A stretch of DNA of 64,000 nucleotides from an uncultured Chloroflexia bacterium (GTDB lineage: Bacteria > Chloroflexota > Chloroflexia > Thermomicrobiales > UBA6265), in contig CAVRUC010000008.1 in NCBI GenBank assembly GCA_963724295.1, forward strand, positions 32,001 through 96,000, in the 5' to 3' direction. The translations under genes and the position numbers were made by a program. Shown here one piece after another: positions 1-9,634 of this stretch. A model generated the notes under the pieces. The model searched no databases and had not been told where the DNA came from. It worked only from the letters and a program-made list of their open reading frames with translations. The stretch's first letter is position 1. Each line of letters starts with the position of its first letter.

Positions 1-1140
1 TCGCTCCGCGAAGCGGACGATGCGCCGGCAGCCTTCGGCGAGGTCGTCGTCGGCCGTTGCCAACGAGATGCGGACCATCCCCTCCGCCACATCACCAAAT
101 GTCGAGCCGGGCGCGGCCGCCACGCGTTCCTCCTCCAGGAGCATGCGTGATAGGTCGCGGCTGGGAATGCCCGCGCCACGCAAATCGACCATGGCGTAGA
201 ACGCCCCTTCCGGGATCGTCGGCAGCAGTCCGACCGGTTCCAGGATCTCTCGCACCAGGTCGCGCCGGCGCTGATATGCCGCCCGCATCTCCTCGACCGC
301 GTCCTGCGGACCACGTACCGCCGCCTCGGCGGCGGCCTGGGAGATGGCCGGTGGGCAGGAGACGAGCGCTTCCTGGATCTTGCCGCAGAGAGCGACCAGC
401 TCCGGATTGGTGATCGCCCAGCCGATGCGCCAGCCGGTCATCGCGTAGCTCTTGGAGACGCCCGAGATGGTGATGACCCGCTCCGCGTCGAACCGTGCCG
501 CCGGCACATGCTCGCCCGCGAAGATGAGGTCCTCGTAGATCTCGTCCGAGATGAGCCAGAGGTCGTGCTTCCTGGCCAGCTCGACCAGCGAGCGCACGGT
601 CTCCTCGGGAAAGACCGCCCCGGTCGGGTTCGACGGGTTGTTGATGATGAGCGCCTTCGTGCGCGGTGTGATTCGCTCCTCGATTTCGCCGATCCGCGGC
701 AGGTACCCGTTCTCGGGGCGGAGCGGATAGCGCACCGGAGCCGTGCGCGCCAATTCGATCATCGAGACGTAATTCGGCCACCCCGGATCGGGGATCAGGA
801 TCTCATCCCCTTCCTCGGCGATACCGGCGACGATCGCCGCCAGCGCATTGACCGCGCCCGCCGTGACCAGGACCTCCGCCGGCGCGATGGGCCGGCCGAA
901 CTTCCGGCTGTAGCGCTCGGCGACCGCCGCCCGAAGTCCCGGCAGACCGGCGTTCGGGGTGTACTTGGTCGTCCCGCCATGGGCCGCCGTTGCCGCGGCG
1001 TCGATGATGTGCGCCGGCGTGTTGAAGCTGGGCTCCCCGACGACGAGGATGATGACATCGTCCATCTGGCGGGCGAGATCCAACACCTCGCGAATCCCGG
1101 AGCGCGGCAGCGCCTGGGCGAGAGCCGAACGCGGTTTCAT
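1..1140 (-). CDS. PLP-dependent aminotransferase class I/II (aspartate aminotransferase-like); 3' end runs off the window
   Basis: Not in the ORF track because it has no stop in the window. Manual translation from ATG 1140: MKPRSALAQALPRSGIREV..GEPSF..YTPNAG..NNPSNPTG..SDEIY..SKSYAMTGWRIG, all class I/II motifs including the PLP lysine. Confidence 0.9.
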   Translation of the reverse strand, partial: MKPRSALAQALPRSGIREVLDLARQMDDVIILVVGEPSFNTPAHIIDAAATAAHGGTTKYTPNAGLPGLRAAVAERYSRKFGRPIAPAEVLVTAGAVNALAAIVAGIAEEGDEILIPDPGWPNYVSMIELARTAPVRYPLRPENGYLPRIGEIEERITPRTKALIINNPSNPTGAVFPEETVRSLVELARKHDLWLISDEIYEDLIFAGEHVPAARFDAERVITISGVSKSYAMTGWRIGWAITNPELVALCGKIQEALVSCPPAISQAAAEAAVRGPQDAVEEMRAAYQRRRDLVREILEPVGLLPTIPEGAFYAMVDLRGAGIPSRDLSRMLLEEERVAAAPGSTFGDVAEGMVRISLATADDDLAEGCRRIVRFAER

Positions 1141-1283
1141 CCTACCTACCCCCAATGCACGAGCAAAAACGTGACGAGCGAGACCGCCGTGAACCGTCGC
1201 TATAGTATCGCGGGCAGCGGCGGCGAACGTCGCCGCCAATCTTCGATCCTCGTGTGTGACGATGGCTCGTGCCGGGAGCACAG

Positions 1284-2411
1284 GTGCGCATCCACGATAT
1301 CCAGGCCATCGGACTGGCCGGGGCAACCCCGAAAGGCGGGTGGAGTGAGGAGCTTCGCCCGGAATACACGGTCCACACCCTCATCATCGTCCGCACGGAC
1401 GAGGGTCTGAGCGGAACCGGCAGTGTCTTCACCAACGCCGGACTGGTCCGCGCCGCCCTGGCCGTGATGGAGCCGCTGTACCAGGGAGAGAATGCGCTGG
1501 AGCCAGAGCGCGTCAGCGAAAAGCTCCATCAGCACACCTTCTGGCTGGGGCGGGGCGGGAGTCTCACGCACACGATCAGCGGCATCGATATCGCCCTGTG
1601 GGACATTCTGGGACAAGCAACGGCGCAGCCGGTGGGCCGGCTCCTGGGCGGCCGCTACCGGGATCGGGTGCGGCCGTACGCATCGATCCTGATGGACCAA
1701 CCGGAGCCACTCGCCGAGCACCTGCGCCAGATTGCGGCGCGCGGCTTCCAGGCGTTCAAGATCGGCTGGGGTCCGTTTGGCCGCCGCAGTCAGACGCTTG
1801 ACGAGCAGATCGTCCGTGCCGCCCGCGACGCCGTTGGTCCCCTTGCGCAGCTGATGGTGGATGCCGGCGGCAGCGACGCGTTCTGGTCCAATGGGCTGAA
1901 ATGGGCGCTGCGAGCGGCCGATATGCTCGCGGCGTACGACGTTACCTGGTTCGAGGAGCCCTTGAACCCTGATGCGCTCGACGATTTCGTGCTGCTACGC
2001 CGGCAGGCGCCGGTGCCGATCGCCGGTGGGGAAGTGCTGACCCGGCGACAGGCCTTCGCCCCCTGGTTGCAGGCGGGCGCGTTCGACATCGTGCAACCCG
2101 ACGTGACGAAGGTCGGTGGCATCTCCGAGGAGCGGCGCATCGGCTGGATGGCGCAAGAGCACGGCGCCCGATTCATTCCGCACGGCTGGAACACGGCGAT
2201 CGGTCTCGCCGCCGATCTGCACCTGGCCTCGGCATTTCCAGATACCGACCTCGTCGAATACATCGACGGCTCGCCGTACGTGGACGAGATCGTCACGGAG
2301 CCGTGGCGTCTCGGCGAAGATGGCATGCTGGCCATCCCGGACAGTCCCGGCCTGGGAATCCAGCTCGATCCGGACGCCGTCGCGCGCTTCGGCGACGCGC
2401 CTCTGCCCTGA
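1284..2411 (+). CDS. Mandelate racemase/muconate lactonizing enzyme family (enolase superfamily), probable sugar-acid dehydratase
   Basis: SGIDIALWDI, metal ligands in MVDAG/WFEEP/GGE, QPDVTKVGG, PHGW, PGLGI; start set at GTG 1284 behind GGAG. Confidence 0.88.
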   Translation: MRIHDIQAIGLAGATPKGGWSEELRPEYTVHTLIIVRTDEGLSGTGSVFTNAGLVRAALAVMEPLYQGENALEPERVSEKLHQHTFWLGRGGSLTHTISGIDIALWDILGQATAQPVGRLLGGRYRDRVRPYASILMDQPEPLAEHLRQIAARGFQAFKIGWGPFGRRSQTLDEQIVRAARDAVGPLAQLMVDAGGSDAFWSNGLKWALRAADMLAAYDVTWFEEPLNPDALDDFVLLRRQAPVPIAGGEVLTRRQAFAPWLQAGAFDIVQPDVTKVGGISEERRIGWMAQEHGARFIPHGWNTAIGLAADLHLASAFPDTDLVEYIDGSPYVDEIVTEPWRLGEDGMLAIPDSPGLGIQLDPDAVARFGDAPLP

Positions 2412-2486
2412 GCTGACTCCGCTCTGCGCGCACGGTTGCCAGCAACACCTGAAGCATCGACGAGTCGTTACCCCGGAGGACATCTC

Positions 2487-3320
2487 GTGATCTTCAACAG
2501 TCCGGAACGCATTGCCGCGCTCACCCCGCTCTACCAGGAGGAGCGCTTCGCCGATGGCCGGCCGCGCGTCCCGGACGAGATCCTGGAGCGGATGCGGCAT
2601 GTCACCAACGACGAAGCTTGGGGTGTGGTCGAACGCGGACACGACTATCACTTCCAGTTCGAGGGGAACTGGGTCAATCTCCATCCCGACCGCGTCCTCG
2701 TCGGTCGCGCGGTCACCGTGCGCATGGTGCCGTTGCGTCCTGACTTGGAGGGGGTCGTCCAGGATCTCGGCGCCGCCGAGGGTCGCAGTGGCGGGCAGAA
2801 CACCTGGGTGATCGATACCCTGCTCCCGGGCGACGTGCTGGTCGTCGATCTCTTCGGCAAGATCGAGGACGGCACCTTCATCGGCGACAACCTGGGGACC
2901 GCCATTTCGGCCCGCGCCGGGACCGGGCTCGTCGTCGACGGCGGTATTCGCGATCTGGAGCGGGTCTATCAGCTCCCCGATTTCAATGTCTTCTGCCGGG
3001 GCGTGCACCCCTCCGCCATCCTGGATGTCACCATGGTCGAAGTGAACGGCCCGATCCGCATCGGTAACGCGACGGTGATGCCGGGCGACGTCGTCCTCGG
3101 CGCCCGCGAGGGGGTCACCTTTGTACCGCCGCACCTGGCGGAGGAGGTGGTCGGGCGCTCCGAAGATGTCCGGCAGCGCGACGTCTTCGGCAAGAGCCGC
3201 ATCGCTGAGGGCATCTATACCTCCGGCCAGATCGACGTCTCGACCTGGGCCGAGGAGATCGAGGCCGACTACGCCGCCTGGTGCGCGGAGCAGGGTCTGG
3301 GAGTAAATACCCGGCGATAG
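2487..3320 (+). CDS. RraA/HMG-CHA aldolase family protein
   Basis: GRAVTVR, GDVLVVD, GDNL, VVDGGIRD, VMPGDVVLG motifs; GGAGG before GTG 2487. Confidence 0.85.
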   Translation: MIFNSPERIAALTPLYQEERFADGRPRVPDEILERMRHVTNDEAWGVVERGHDYHFQFEGNWVNLHPDRVLVGRAVTVRMVPLRPDLEGVVQDLGAAEGRSGGQNTWVIDTLLPGDVLVVDLFGKIEDGTFIGDNLGTAISARAGTGLVVDGGIRDLERVYQLPDFNVFCRGVHPSAILDVTMVEVNGPIRIGNATVMPGDVVLGAREGVTFVPPHLAEEVVGRSEDVRQRDVFGKSRIAEGIYTSGQIDVSTWAEEIEADYAAWCAEQGLGVNTRR

Positions 3321-3425
3321 AGCAGCCGACTCGGCCCCTGCTTCGGTCCAGAGCAAGCCCTATCCCGATTGCGGCCCCACCAGCAGGAACCGGTGGCCAA
3401 CGTCCGTGTCAGGAGCAGAATCTCG

Positions 3426-4730
3426 ATGCCAGATCAGGTCACGAGTCGAGAGAGACCGGCGCCCCTGCTGCCACCACCCTGGGATCGCGGTGGTGCTGGC
3501 GGACCCCGGATTCGCGACGTGCGGGTGATTCTTACCGCGCCGGAAGGGATCCGGCTGGTGGTCGTCAAGGTCGAGACCGATGAGCCAGGTCTCTACGGTC
3601 TGGGCTGCGCCACCTTCACGCAACGTCCTCTGGCCGTCGCCACCGCCATCGAGCAGTACCTCAAGCCTCAGGTTGTGGGCAGATCGCCACACGACATCGA
3701 GGACATCTGGTCGATGCTGGCGGTCAGTCCCTACTGGCGCAGCGGACCGGTGGTGAACAACGCCATGTCCGGCATCGACATGGCGCTCTGGGACATCAAG
3801 GGCAAACTCGCGGGGATGCCACTCTACGACCTCCTCGGTGGTCGCTGCCGAACCGCGGCGACCGTCTATGTCCACGCCTCCGGTCGCGATCCAATCGAAG
3901 TCGAGGACGAGGCTCGGGGTTTCATGGAACAGGGGTTTACTCACGTCCGCTGCCAGGTCGCGGTTCCGGGGTCATCGACCTACGGCGTAGACGGTGCGCT
4001 GGACAGCGAGGAACCCCACCCCGCGCACCTCCGGTTGCGGCAGGAGGCGTCGGATCCCAGTGCATACGCGCGGGCTGTCCCGGCGCTCTTCGAGCATCTG
4101 CGCCTCACGCTCGGTGACCGGGTCGAGCTGCTGCACGATATCCACGAACGGGTACCGGCGATCGTCGCGATCGGCATGGCTCGCGAGCTGGAGCGATACC
4201 GCCTCTTCTTTCTCGAAGACCCGCTGGCGCCGGAAGACAACGGCTACTTCCCGCTGCTGCGCCAGCAGACGTGGATCCCGCTGGCCATGGGCGAACTGCA
4301 TGTCAATGTCAACGATTACTTGCCGCTGATCGAGGATCGCCTCATCGACTTCATCAGGGTCCACCTCTCCGCCATCGGCGGCATCACGCCCGCTCGCAAG
4401 CTGGCGGCCGTGTGCGAGCTGTTCGGTGTGCGCACCGCGTGGCACGGACCGGGAGACGTCTCGCCGGTCGGGCACGCGGCGAACCTCCATCTCGACCTCG
4501 CCGTCCCCAACTTCGGCATTCAGGAGGCGCATCGCTTCGACGAGGTCTGCCGGAACGTTTTCCCGGGAACCCCGGAGATTCATGACGGCATGATGTGGGC
4601 GAACGACAAACCGGGGCTCGGCATCGACGTGGACGAGGCGCTGGCGGCGCGCTATCCCTACCCCGAGCACCCACTCAACGGCGCCTGGCCACCGGTGCGC
4701 CTGCGCGACGGCACGGTGCAACGACCGTGA
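3426..4730 (+). CDS. Enolase superfamily, D-mannonate dehydratase (ManD/RspA) subgroup
   Basis: GLGCAT, YWRSGP, HVRCQ, LLHDIHER, FLEDP, MGE, WHGPGDVSP, IQE, C-terminal RDGTV. Confidence 0.88.
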   Translation: MPDQVTSRERPAPLLPPPWDRGGAGGPRIRDVRVILTAPEGIRLVVVKVETDEPGLYGLGCATFTQRPLAVATAIEQYLKPQVVGRSPHDIEDIWSMLAVSPYWRSGPVVNNAMSGIDMALWDIKGKLAGMPLYDLLGGRCRTAATVYVHASGRDPIEVEDEARGFMEQGFTHVRCQVAVPGSSTYGVDGALDSEEPHPAHLRLRQEASDPSAYARAVPALFEHLRLTLGDRVELLHDIHERVPAIVAIGMARELERYRLFFLEDPLAPEDNGYFPLLRQQTWIPLAMGELHVNVNDYLPLIEDRLIDFIRVHLSAIGGITPARKLAAVCELFGVRTAWHGPGDVSPVGHAANLHLDLAVPNFGIQEAHRFDEVCRNVFPGTPEIHDGMMWANDKPGLGIDVDEALAARYPYPEHPLNGAWPPVRLRDGTVQRP

Positions 4731-4965
4731 AAAGAGACAGCAAAACGCCGACAAGTTCCGCGCTTGCGCGCGAGCCTCATCGGCGTCTGCTGTGCCGCCC
4801 GCTTTCGGAATCGCTCCCGTCCGCGTTTGGCCTACAGTGAACGTACACCCTCCGTGCCCTGGTGTCAATACCCTAGCGTGCAATACGCGGAGGGTTGAGT
4901 GGGGAGAGCGTCAGCAGTTGGTCGCCAGCCCGGTCCAAAGACCCGGCTTCCATCGCCCGCTAAAT

Positions 4966-5463
4966 CTACCGGCTGGCCATCGCATGCTCCATCTGGAGCA
5001 TCTCGATCGTCGTCGGCGGGATCTGCTGGAAGAGGAAATCCGCCATCGCCTGATCGTCGCGCAGGATCTCCTGGCAGACTCGCACGGTCTCCTGATCGCC
5101 CAGATTTTCCGCCGCGGCGATGAGCGAGGTGTAGCAGGCAATCTCAAAATGCTCGGTACCGTAGTCGTGCAGGGTGTTCTTGATCAGGTCGTCCTTGGCC
5201 AGCTTTGTCGTCATGCCCTGGACGGTGCCCATGACCGCGGCCATCCCCGTCTTGATACCTGACGTTTCTCCACCCATCCGCTCAACGCAACCCTTGACCA
5301 GCTCAGCGTGGCGACGGGTCTGCTCCAGATGCCGTTGCAACCCGGCCTGCATGGCCGGATGATCTTCGGCTTCCGCCGCGTGTTGCTCCAGGACCTGGGC
5401 AATTCCGAGCTCCATGGCATGGGCATCGTTCAGCCAGGCAATCACGAGTTCCTTGTGGGCCAT
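4966..5463 (-). CDS. Ferritin-like DUF892 (YciE/YciF) protein
   Basis: WLNDAHAME, HLEQTRRH, EHFEIACYTSL motifs. Confidence 0.85.
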   Translation of the reverse strand: MAHKELVIAWLNDAHAMELGIAQVLEQHAAEAEDHPAMQAGLQRHLEQTRRHAELVKGCVERMGGETSGIKTGMAAVMGTVQGMTTKLAKDDLIKNTLHDYGTEHFEIACYTSLIAAAENLGDQETVRVCQEILRDDQAMADFLFQQIPPTTIEMLQMEHAMASR

Positions 5464-5618
5464 CTCCGTAACTCCTCTTACTGTTCACAGCCGGCTCCCG
5501 GCCGCACAACATGCATTGCAGGGGTCGTGCCACCATCTGCAGAAACGAATTGGAATCGGAGTACCCACGTTTGCCATGAGCTGGACGCACGATGACCACC
5601 AGGGACAGACCGTAAGGC

Positions 5619-6863
5619 ATGGAACCGAATGAGCCGGCGACTGAGGACGATGCCATCGGCGCAACGGGCAGACGGCCGCCCACGCCAGTGACGCCCCTCG
5701 CCTCACAGGGTGACGGCGTGGCTGATGTTGCTCGAGTCGCGCTCAAGCTCGGTGTGACCGCGTTCGGTGGGCCAGCGGCACACATCGCCATGCTGCGCGA
5801 AGAAACAGTGGTCCGCCGGCAGTGGCTGACCGACGCCTACTTTCTCGATCTTGTCGGCGCGACGAATCTGATTCCCGGACCAAACTCGACCGAGATGGTC
5901 ATTCACGTCGGCTATTTGCGTGCCGGCTGGCGGGGTCTGCTCGTGGCCGGGACGCTCTTCATCCTGCCGGCGGCAACAATCGTGCTGGCGCTTGGCTGGG
6001 CGTACGTCGAGTTCGGGACGACACCGTCCGGGGAATCACTGCTCTACGGAATAAAGCCGGTCATCATCGCTGTGGTCGCTCAGGCCCTGTGGGGTCTCGG
6101 GCGCACCGCGCTCAAGGGACCCTTGCTGCTCGTCATCGGGACGGCGGCGGCCGCACTCTACCTGGTTGGATTCAACGAGCTGGTGATCCTCTTTGGAAGC
6201 GCGCTGCTTGTCCTGATCGCGCGGACCGGGCAGCGCATGTCGCCTCGGCAGCTCGGGGCCGCATTGGCGGCTCCCCTCGGCGGACTACCGCTCACGCTCT
6301 TTCCCGTACCACCGCTGCTTCAGGCGGTTGCGGCGCCGGTGAGCCTGATGACGCTGTTCCTGACGTTCCTGAAGATCGGAGCCGTCCTCTACGGCAGTGG
6401 TTATGTCCTGCTCGCCTTTCTGCGCAACGACTTCGTCGAGCGCCTCGGCTGGCTGACCGATCAGCAATTGCTCGATGCGGTGGCGATCGGCCAGATGACT
6501 CCGGGTCCCGTTTTCACGACCGCGACGTTTGTGGGGTACCTGGTCGCCGGTGTGCCAGGGGCAATCCTGGCCACGGTCGGCATCTTCCTGCCCGCCTTCG
6601 TCTTCGTCACCCTGCTCCACCCGCTGGTGCCGCGCCTTCGCCGCTATCCCTGGACGGCGGCGATGCTCGACGGCGTCAACGTTGCCGCCGTGGGGTTGAT
6701 GGCCGCCGTGACCTGGCTCCTTGGCCGTGAGGCCATCGTCGATCCCTTGACCGCGGCCATCGCCATCGTCGCCGCGTTCCTGCTGATCCGCTTCCGTTTC
6801 AACTCGGCGTGGCTGGTCCTGGTGGGGGCCATCGTCGGCCTCGCGGCCAACCAGCTGAGATAG
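5619..6863 (+). CDS. chrA: Chromate efflux transporter (CHR family, long form)
   Basis: AFGGPAAHI, IPGPNSTE, GSGYVL, TPGPVF; two homologous hydrophobic halves. Confidence 0.92.
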   Translation: MEPNEPATEDDAIGATGRRPPTPVTPLASQGDGVADVARVALKLGVTAFGGPAAHIAMLREETVVRRQWLTDAYFLDLVGATNLIPGPNSTEMVIHVGYLRAGWRGLLVAGTLFILPAATIVLALGWAYVEFGTTPSGESLLYGIKPVIIAVVAQALWGLGRTALKGPLLLVIGTAAAALYLVGFNELVILFGSALLVLIARTGQRMSPRQLGAALAAPLGGLPLTLFPVPPLLQAVAAPVSLMTLFLTFLKIGAVLYGSGYVLLAFLRNDFVERLGWLTDQQLLDAVAIGQMTPGPVFTTATFVGYLVAGVPGAILATVGIFLPAFVFVTLLHPLVPRLRRYPWTAAMLDGVNVAAVGLMAAVTWLLGREAIVDPLTAAIAIVAAFLLIRFRFNSAWLVLVGAIVGLAANQLR

Positions 6864-6926
6864 TCGTCACTGTGCGGTCACCATGTATGCCGTCAGCGGC
6901 GTGCCTGACTCATTCGGCCGAGAAAA

Positions 6927-6958
6927 GACCCTGCTTCCGTGGGTACGGAAGCAGGGTC
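6927..6958 (-). terminator. Rho-independent terminator between convergent genes
   Basis: Perfect 14-bp stem GACCCTGCTTCCGT-gggt-ACGGAAGCAGGGTC preceded by AAAA (U-tract on the minus strand). Confidence 0.75.
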
Positions 6959-6993
6959 CCTGCTCTGACGCAAATGGAAGCGCTGGCGCGCCT

Positions 6994-7689
6994 CTACTCG
7001 ACGGTCTGGGCGGCTTCGGTGGTCTCCTGGGCGGCAGCGAAGTCGTTCCACACCAACGGGTTGGTGAAGATACCGAACAGCTCCTCGCCGTCAGAGGCGC
7101 CGTCGCCATCGGTGTCGAAGAGGGTCGGCGATGTGCCGTAGATATTCAGCTCGTCACCATCGGCGGCGCCATCGGCGTCGGTATCGGGATTGCCCGGATC
7201 GAGCCCGAGATCAGGTTCCAGCTCATCGGCGTAGTTGTCGGCGTCGAGGTCGGCCGGGGTGGCGACCGCGGCGTCGGTCGCTACCGCATCAACTGTCTCG
7301 ACCGGCGCCGTGCCGGCAGCGGGCTCGGGGGCGGGCTCGGTGACCGGCGCCGGGGCGGGTTCGGCCTCCGGAGCGCGGACCGCGTTTTCGCCCTCGCGCG
7401 CGACTCCCGCGGTCAGCGTGCCGGGAGCCATCGAGACAGACGACGATCCTGGCTGACCCGATCCCGGGCCAGTGATGATGGGCGGACCAAGTGGAAGGGC
7501 CCCGAGCGGTGGCGTCAGGTTGGCGCCGAGTGGCGCGTTTGGCGCCGCAACCGTCTCGGCCGGTGCATCGGAGGCGGGAGCCCCATCCTCCGCACTCGCC
7601 GACTCTGTTTGCGCGGAAACGGCTCCTACCCAGAGCGACGCCGCCAACGCGGCGCCCGCGGCCACCGCGACAGCCTGTGTCAATTTCAT
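6994..7689 (-). CDS. Secreted Pro/Ala-rich protein with bacterial thrombospondin type-3 (DxDxDG Ca-binding) repeats
   Basis: Signal peptide MKLTQAVAV..VSAQ; repeats DLDADNYAD, DTDADGAADGDE..GTSP, DTDGDGASDGEE..TNP. Confidence 0.8.
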   Translation of the reverse strand: MKLTQAVAVAAGAALAASLWVGAVSAQTESASAEDGAPASDAPAETVAAPNAPLGANLTPPLGALPLGPPIITGPGSGQPGSSSVSMAPGTLTAGVAREGENAVRAPEAEPAPAPVTEPAPEPAAGTAPVETVDAVATDAAVATPADLDADNYADELEPDLGLDPGNPDTDADGAADGDELNIYGTSPTLFDTDGDGASDGEELFGIFTNPLVWNDFAAAQETTEAAQTVE

Positions 7690-8043
7690 TCCTCGTCTCC
7701 CCTCCGGCTCGCCTGGCGAACCGGTCTCCCCTGAATCACAGTAGACGGATCGCAGGCCGGCAAACCGGACGACCCGAAGCAAACTCTGCTTCTGTTTACG
7801 AAGCGGACCCGGTGCAGGTTTCGCGCGACACCATATCGGCGCCTATCGTACTAGCGCCAAGACTGTCCATGCCGTTTTGTGCATGTTGCACCAAACGTCA
7901 CCGGAAAGCCGTTCAAGCTGCACGATGACGCGCCCGGCTGCCGCCCCTAGACTGTTTCGGATGGAGGGTGGGTGCAATCTGCCCGAGGAGTTCCGGTCCT
8001 GGCGGCCGGTGGCTAGTGGTGTGGTGGAAGGAAGGTCGGATCG

Positions 8044-9441
8044 ATGGTAGCGGCGGTTGCTGAGCCGATTGGCAGCACAAAGCTGCACAAGCAGATTCTC
8101 GGGGACAGCCCGAGCAAGCGAGAAGTCCTCAACCGGGTGCAGGAGGAGGGGGTCGAGTTCGTCGACCTGCAGTTCACCGATGTCATGGGTCACGTCAAGA
8201 GCGTGACCATCCCGTCGTCGATCTTCGAGCACGTCATCGACGGTGGGCAGTGGATCGATGGCTCTTCGATCGCCGGGTTCACCCGTATCGCGGAATCGGA
8301 CATGTTCCTCACGGCGGACCTGTCTACCTATGCGGTCATTCCCTGGACTCGGGGTGAGCACACCACGGCCCGCGTCATCTGCTGGGTCCACAATCCGGAT
8401 GGAACCCCGTTCCCCGGTGACCCGCGGGGTGTCCTTCTGCGCCAGCTGGAACGACTCGCCGAGCTTGGCTACACGTTCAAGACCGGTCCCGAGCTGGAGT
8501 TCTTCCTGTTCGAGAAGAACGGCGACGAGATTTCGCCGCTGCCCCATGACCGGGCGGGGTATTTCGACTACTCCAGCGATCTGGCCTACACCGTCCGCAA
8601 GGACATGGTGAAGGCGCTGGCAGACATGGGGATCGACGTCGAGGCCAGCCACCACGAGGTCGCTATCGGCCAGCATGAGATCGACTTCGAGTATGGCGAC
8701 GCCATCCTCACCGCCGACCGGGCTACGACCTTCAAGTCGGTGCTGAAGGCGACCGCTCAGCAGCACGGGTTGCATGCCACGTTCATGCCGAAGCCGATCG
8801 AAGGCATCAACGGCTCCGGGATGCACGTCCACATGAGCCTGGGCTTCGTCGACAAGAAGGGCAACGCCTTCGTCGACGAAGATGATGCCTACGGCCTCTC
8901 TAAAACCGCCCGGCACTTCATCGCCGGGCTGCTGACCCACGCCCGCGGCATGTCCGGCGTGCTCTCGCCGCTGGTCAACTCGTATCGCCGCCTGGTCCCC
9001 GGCTTCGAGGCGCCGGTCTACGTCTCCTGGGCGCGCACCAACCGTTCGGCGCTGGTCCGCGTGCCGGCCATTCGCGGTGGGCACACCGCGGCCACCCGTG
9101 TCGAGCTCCGCTGCCCGGACCCGTCCTGCAATCCCTACCTCGCCTTTTCGGTGATGCTGGCGGCCGGGATGGATGGGATCGAGCGGGAGCTGTCGCTGCC
9201 GGAGCCGGTTGAAGAGAACCTCTACCACTTCACGGACGAGGATCTGGAGCGGCGCAATATTCCGACGCTTCCTTCGACGTTGGGCGAGGCCGTGGCCGAG
9301 ATGAAGGCCGACCCGCTGATCCGGGAAGCCCTCGGCGATCACGTCTTCGAGCGCCTCACCGGCGCGCAACAGGCGGAGTGGGACGACTTCCGCAAGCACG
9401 TTTCGCAGTGGGAGCGCGATCGCTACCTGGAGACCTACTAG
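8044..9441 (+). CDS. glnA: Glutamine synthetase type I
   Basis: DGSSIAGF, GPELEFFLF, HHEVAIGQHEI, ATFMPKP..GSGMHVH, NSYRRLVPGFEAP, ELRCPDPSCNPYL. Confidence 0.96.
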   Translation: MVAAVAEPIGSTKLHKQILGDSPSKREVLNRVQEEGVEFVDLQFTDVMGHVKSVTIPSSIFEHVIDGGQWIDGSSIAGFTRIAESDMFLTADLSTYAVIPWTRGEHTTARVICWVHNPDGTPFPGDPRGVLLRQLERLAELGYTFKTGPELEFFLFEKNGDEISPLPHDRAGYFDYSSDLAYTVRKDMVKALADMGIDVEASHHEVAIGQHEIDFEYGDAILTADRATTFKSVLKATAQQHGLHATFMPKPIEGINGSGMHVHMSLGFVDKKGNAFVDEDDAYGLSKTARHFIAGLLTHARGMSGVLSPLVNSYRRLVPGFEAPVYVSWARTNRSALVRVPAIRGGHTAATRVELRCPDPSCNPYLAFSVMLAAGMDGIERELSLPEPVEENLYHFTDEDLERRNIPTLPSTLGEAVAEMKADPLIREALGDHVFERLTGAQQAEWDDFRKHVSQWERDRYLETY

Positions 9442-9634
9442 CGCCGGGAAGAGAAAGAGGTCGCGACTGATAGGCGGCGATCGTCGCCGGACACTTGTTG
9501 GCGCCACTGTGACCGCTTTCCTGCGGTCACAGTGGCGTCGCTACGTCAATGGGTCCTTATTCGGTAAATCGCCTTCCGTATTGTCTTCCGCACGAACAAC
9601 CAGGACGAGAATAGGCGGCATGCTTGCTCTTTCG

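Noticed and set aside
7879..7893. GTGCA-tgt-TGCAC palindrome upstream of glnA as a nitrogen-regulator site
   Set aside because: Short, single copy and not a clear match to GlnR or NtrC consensus
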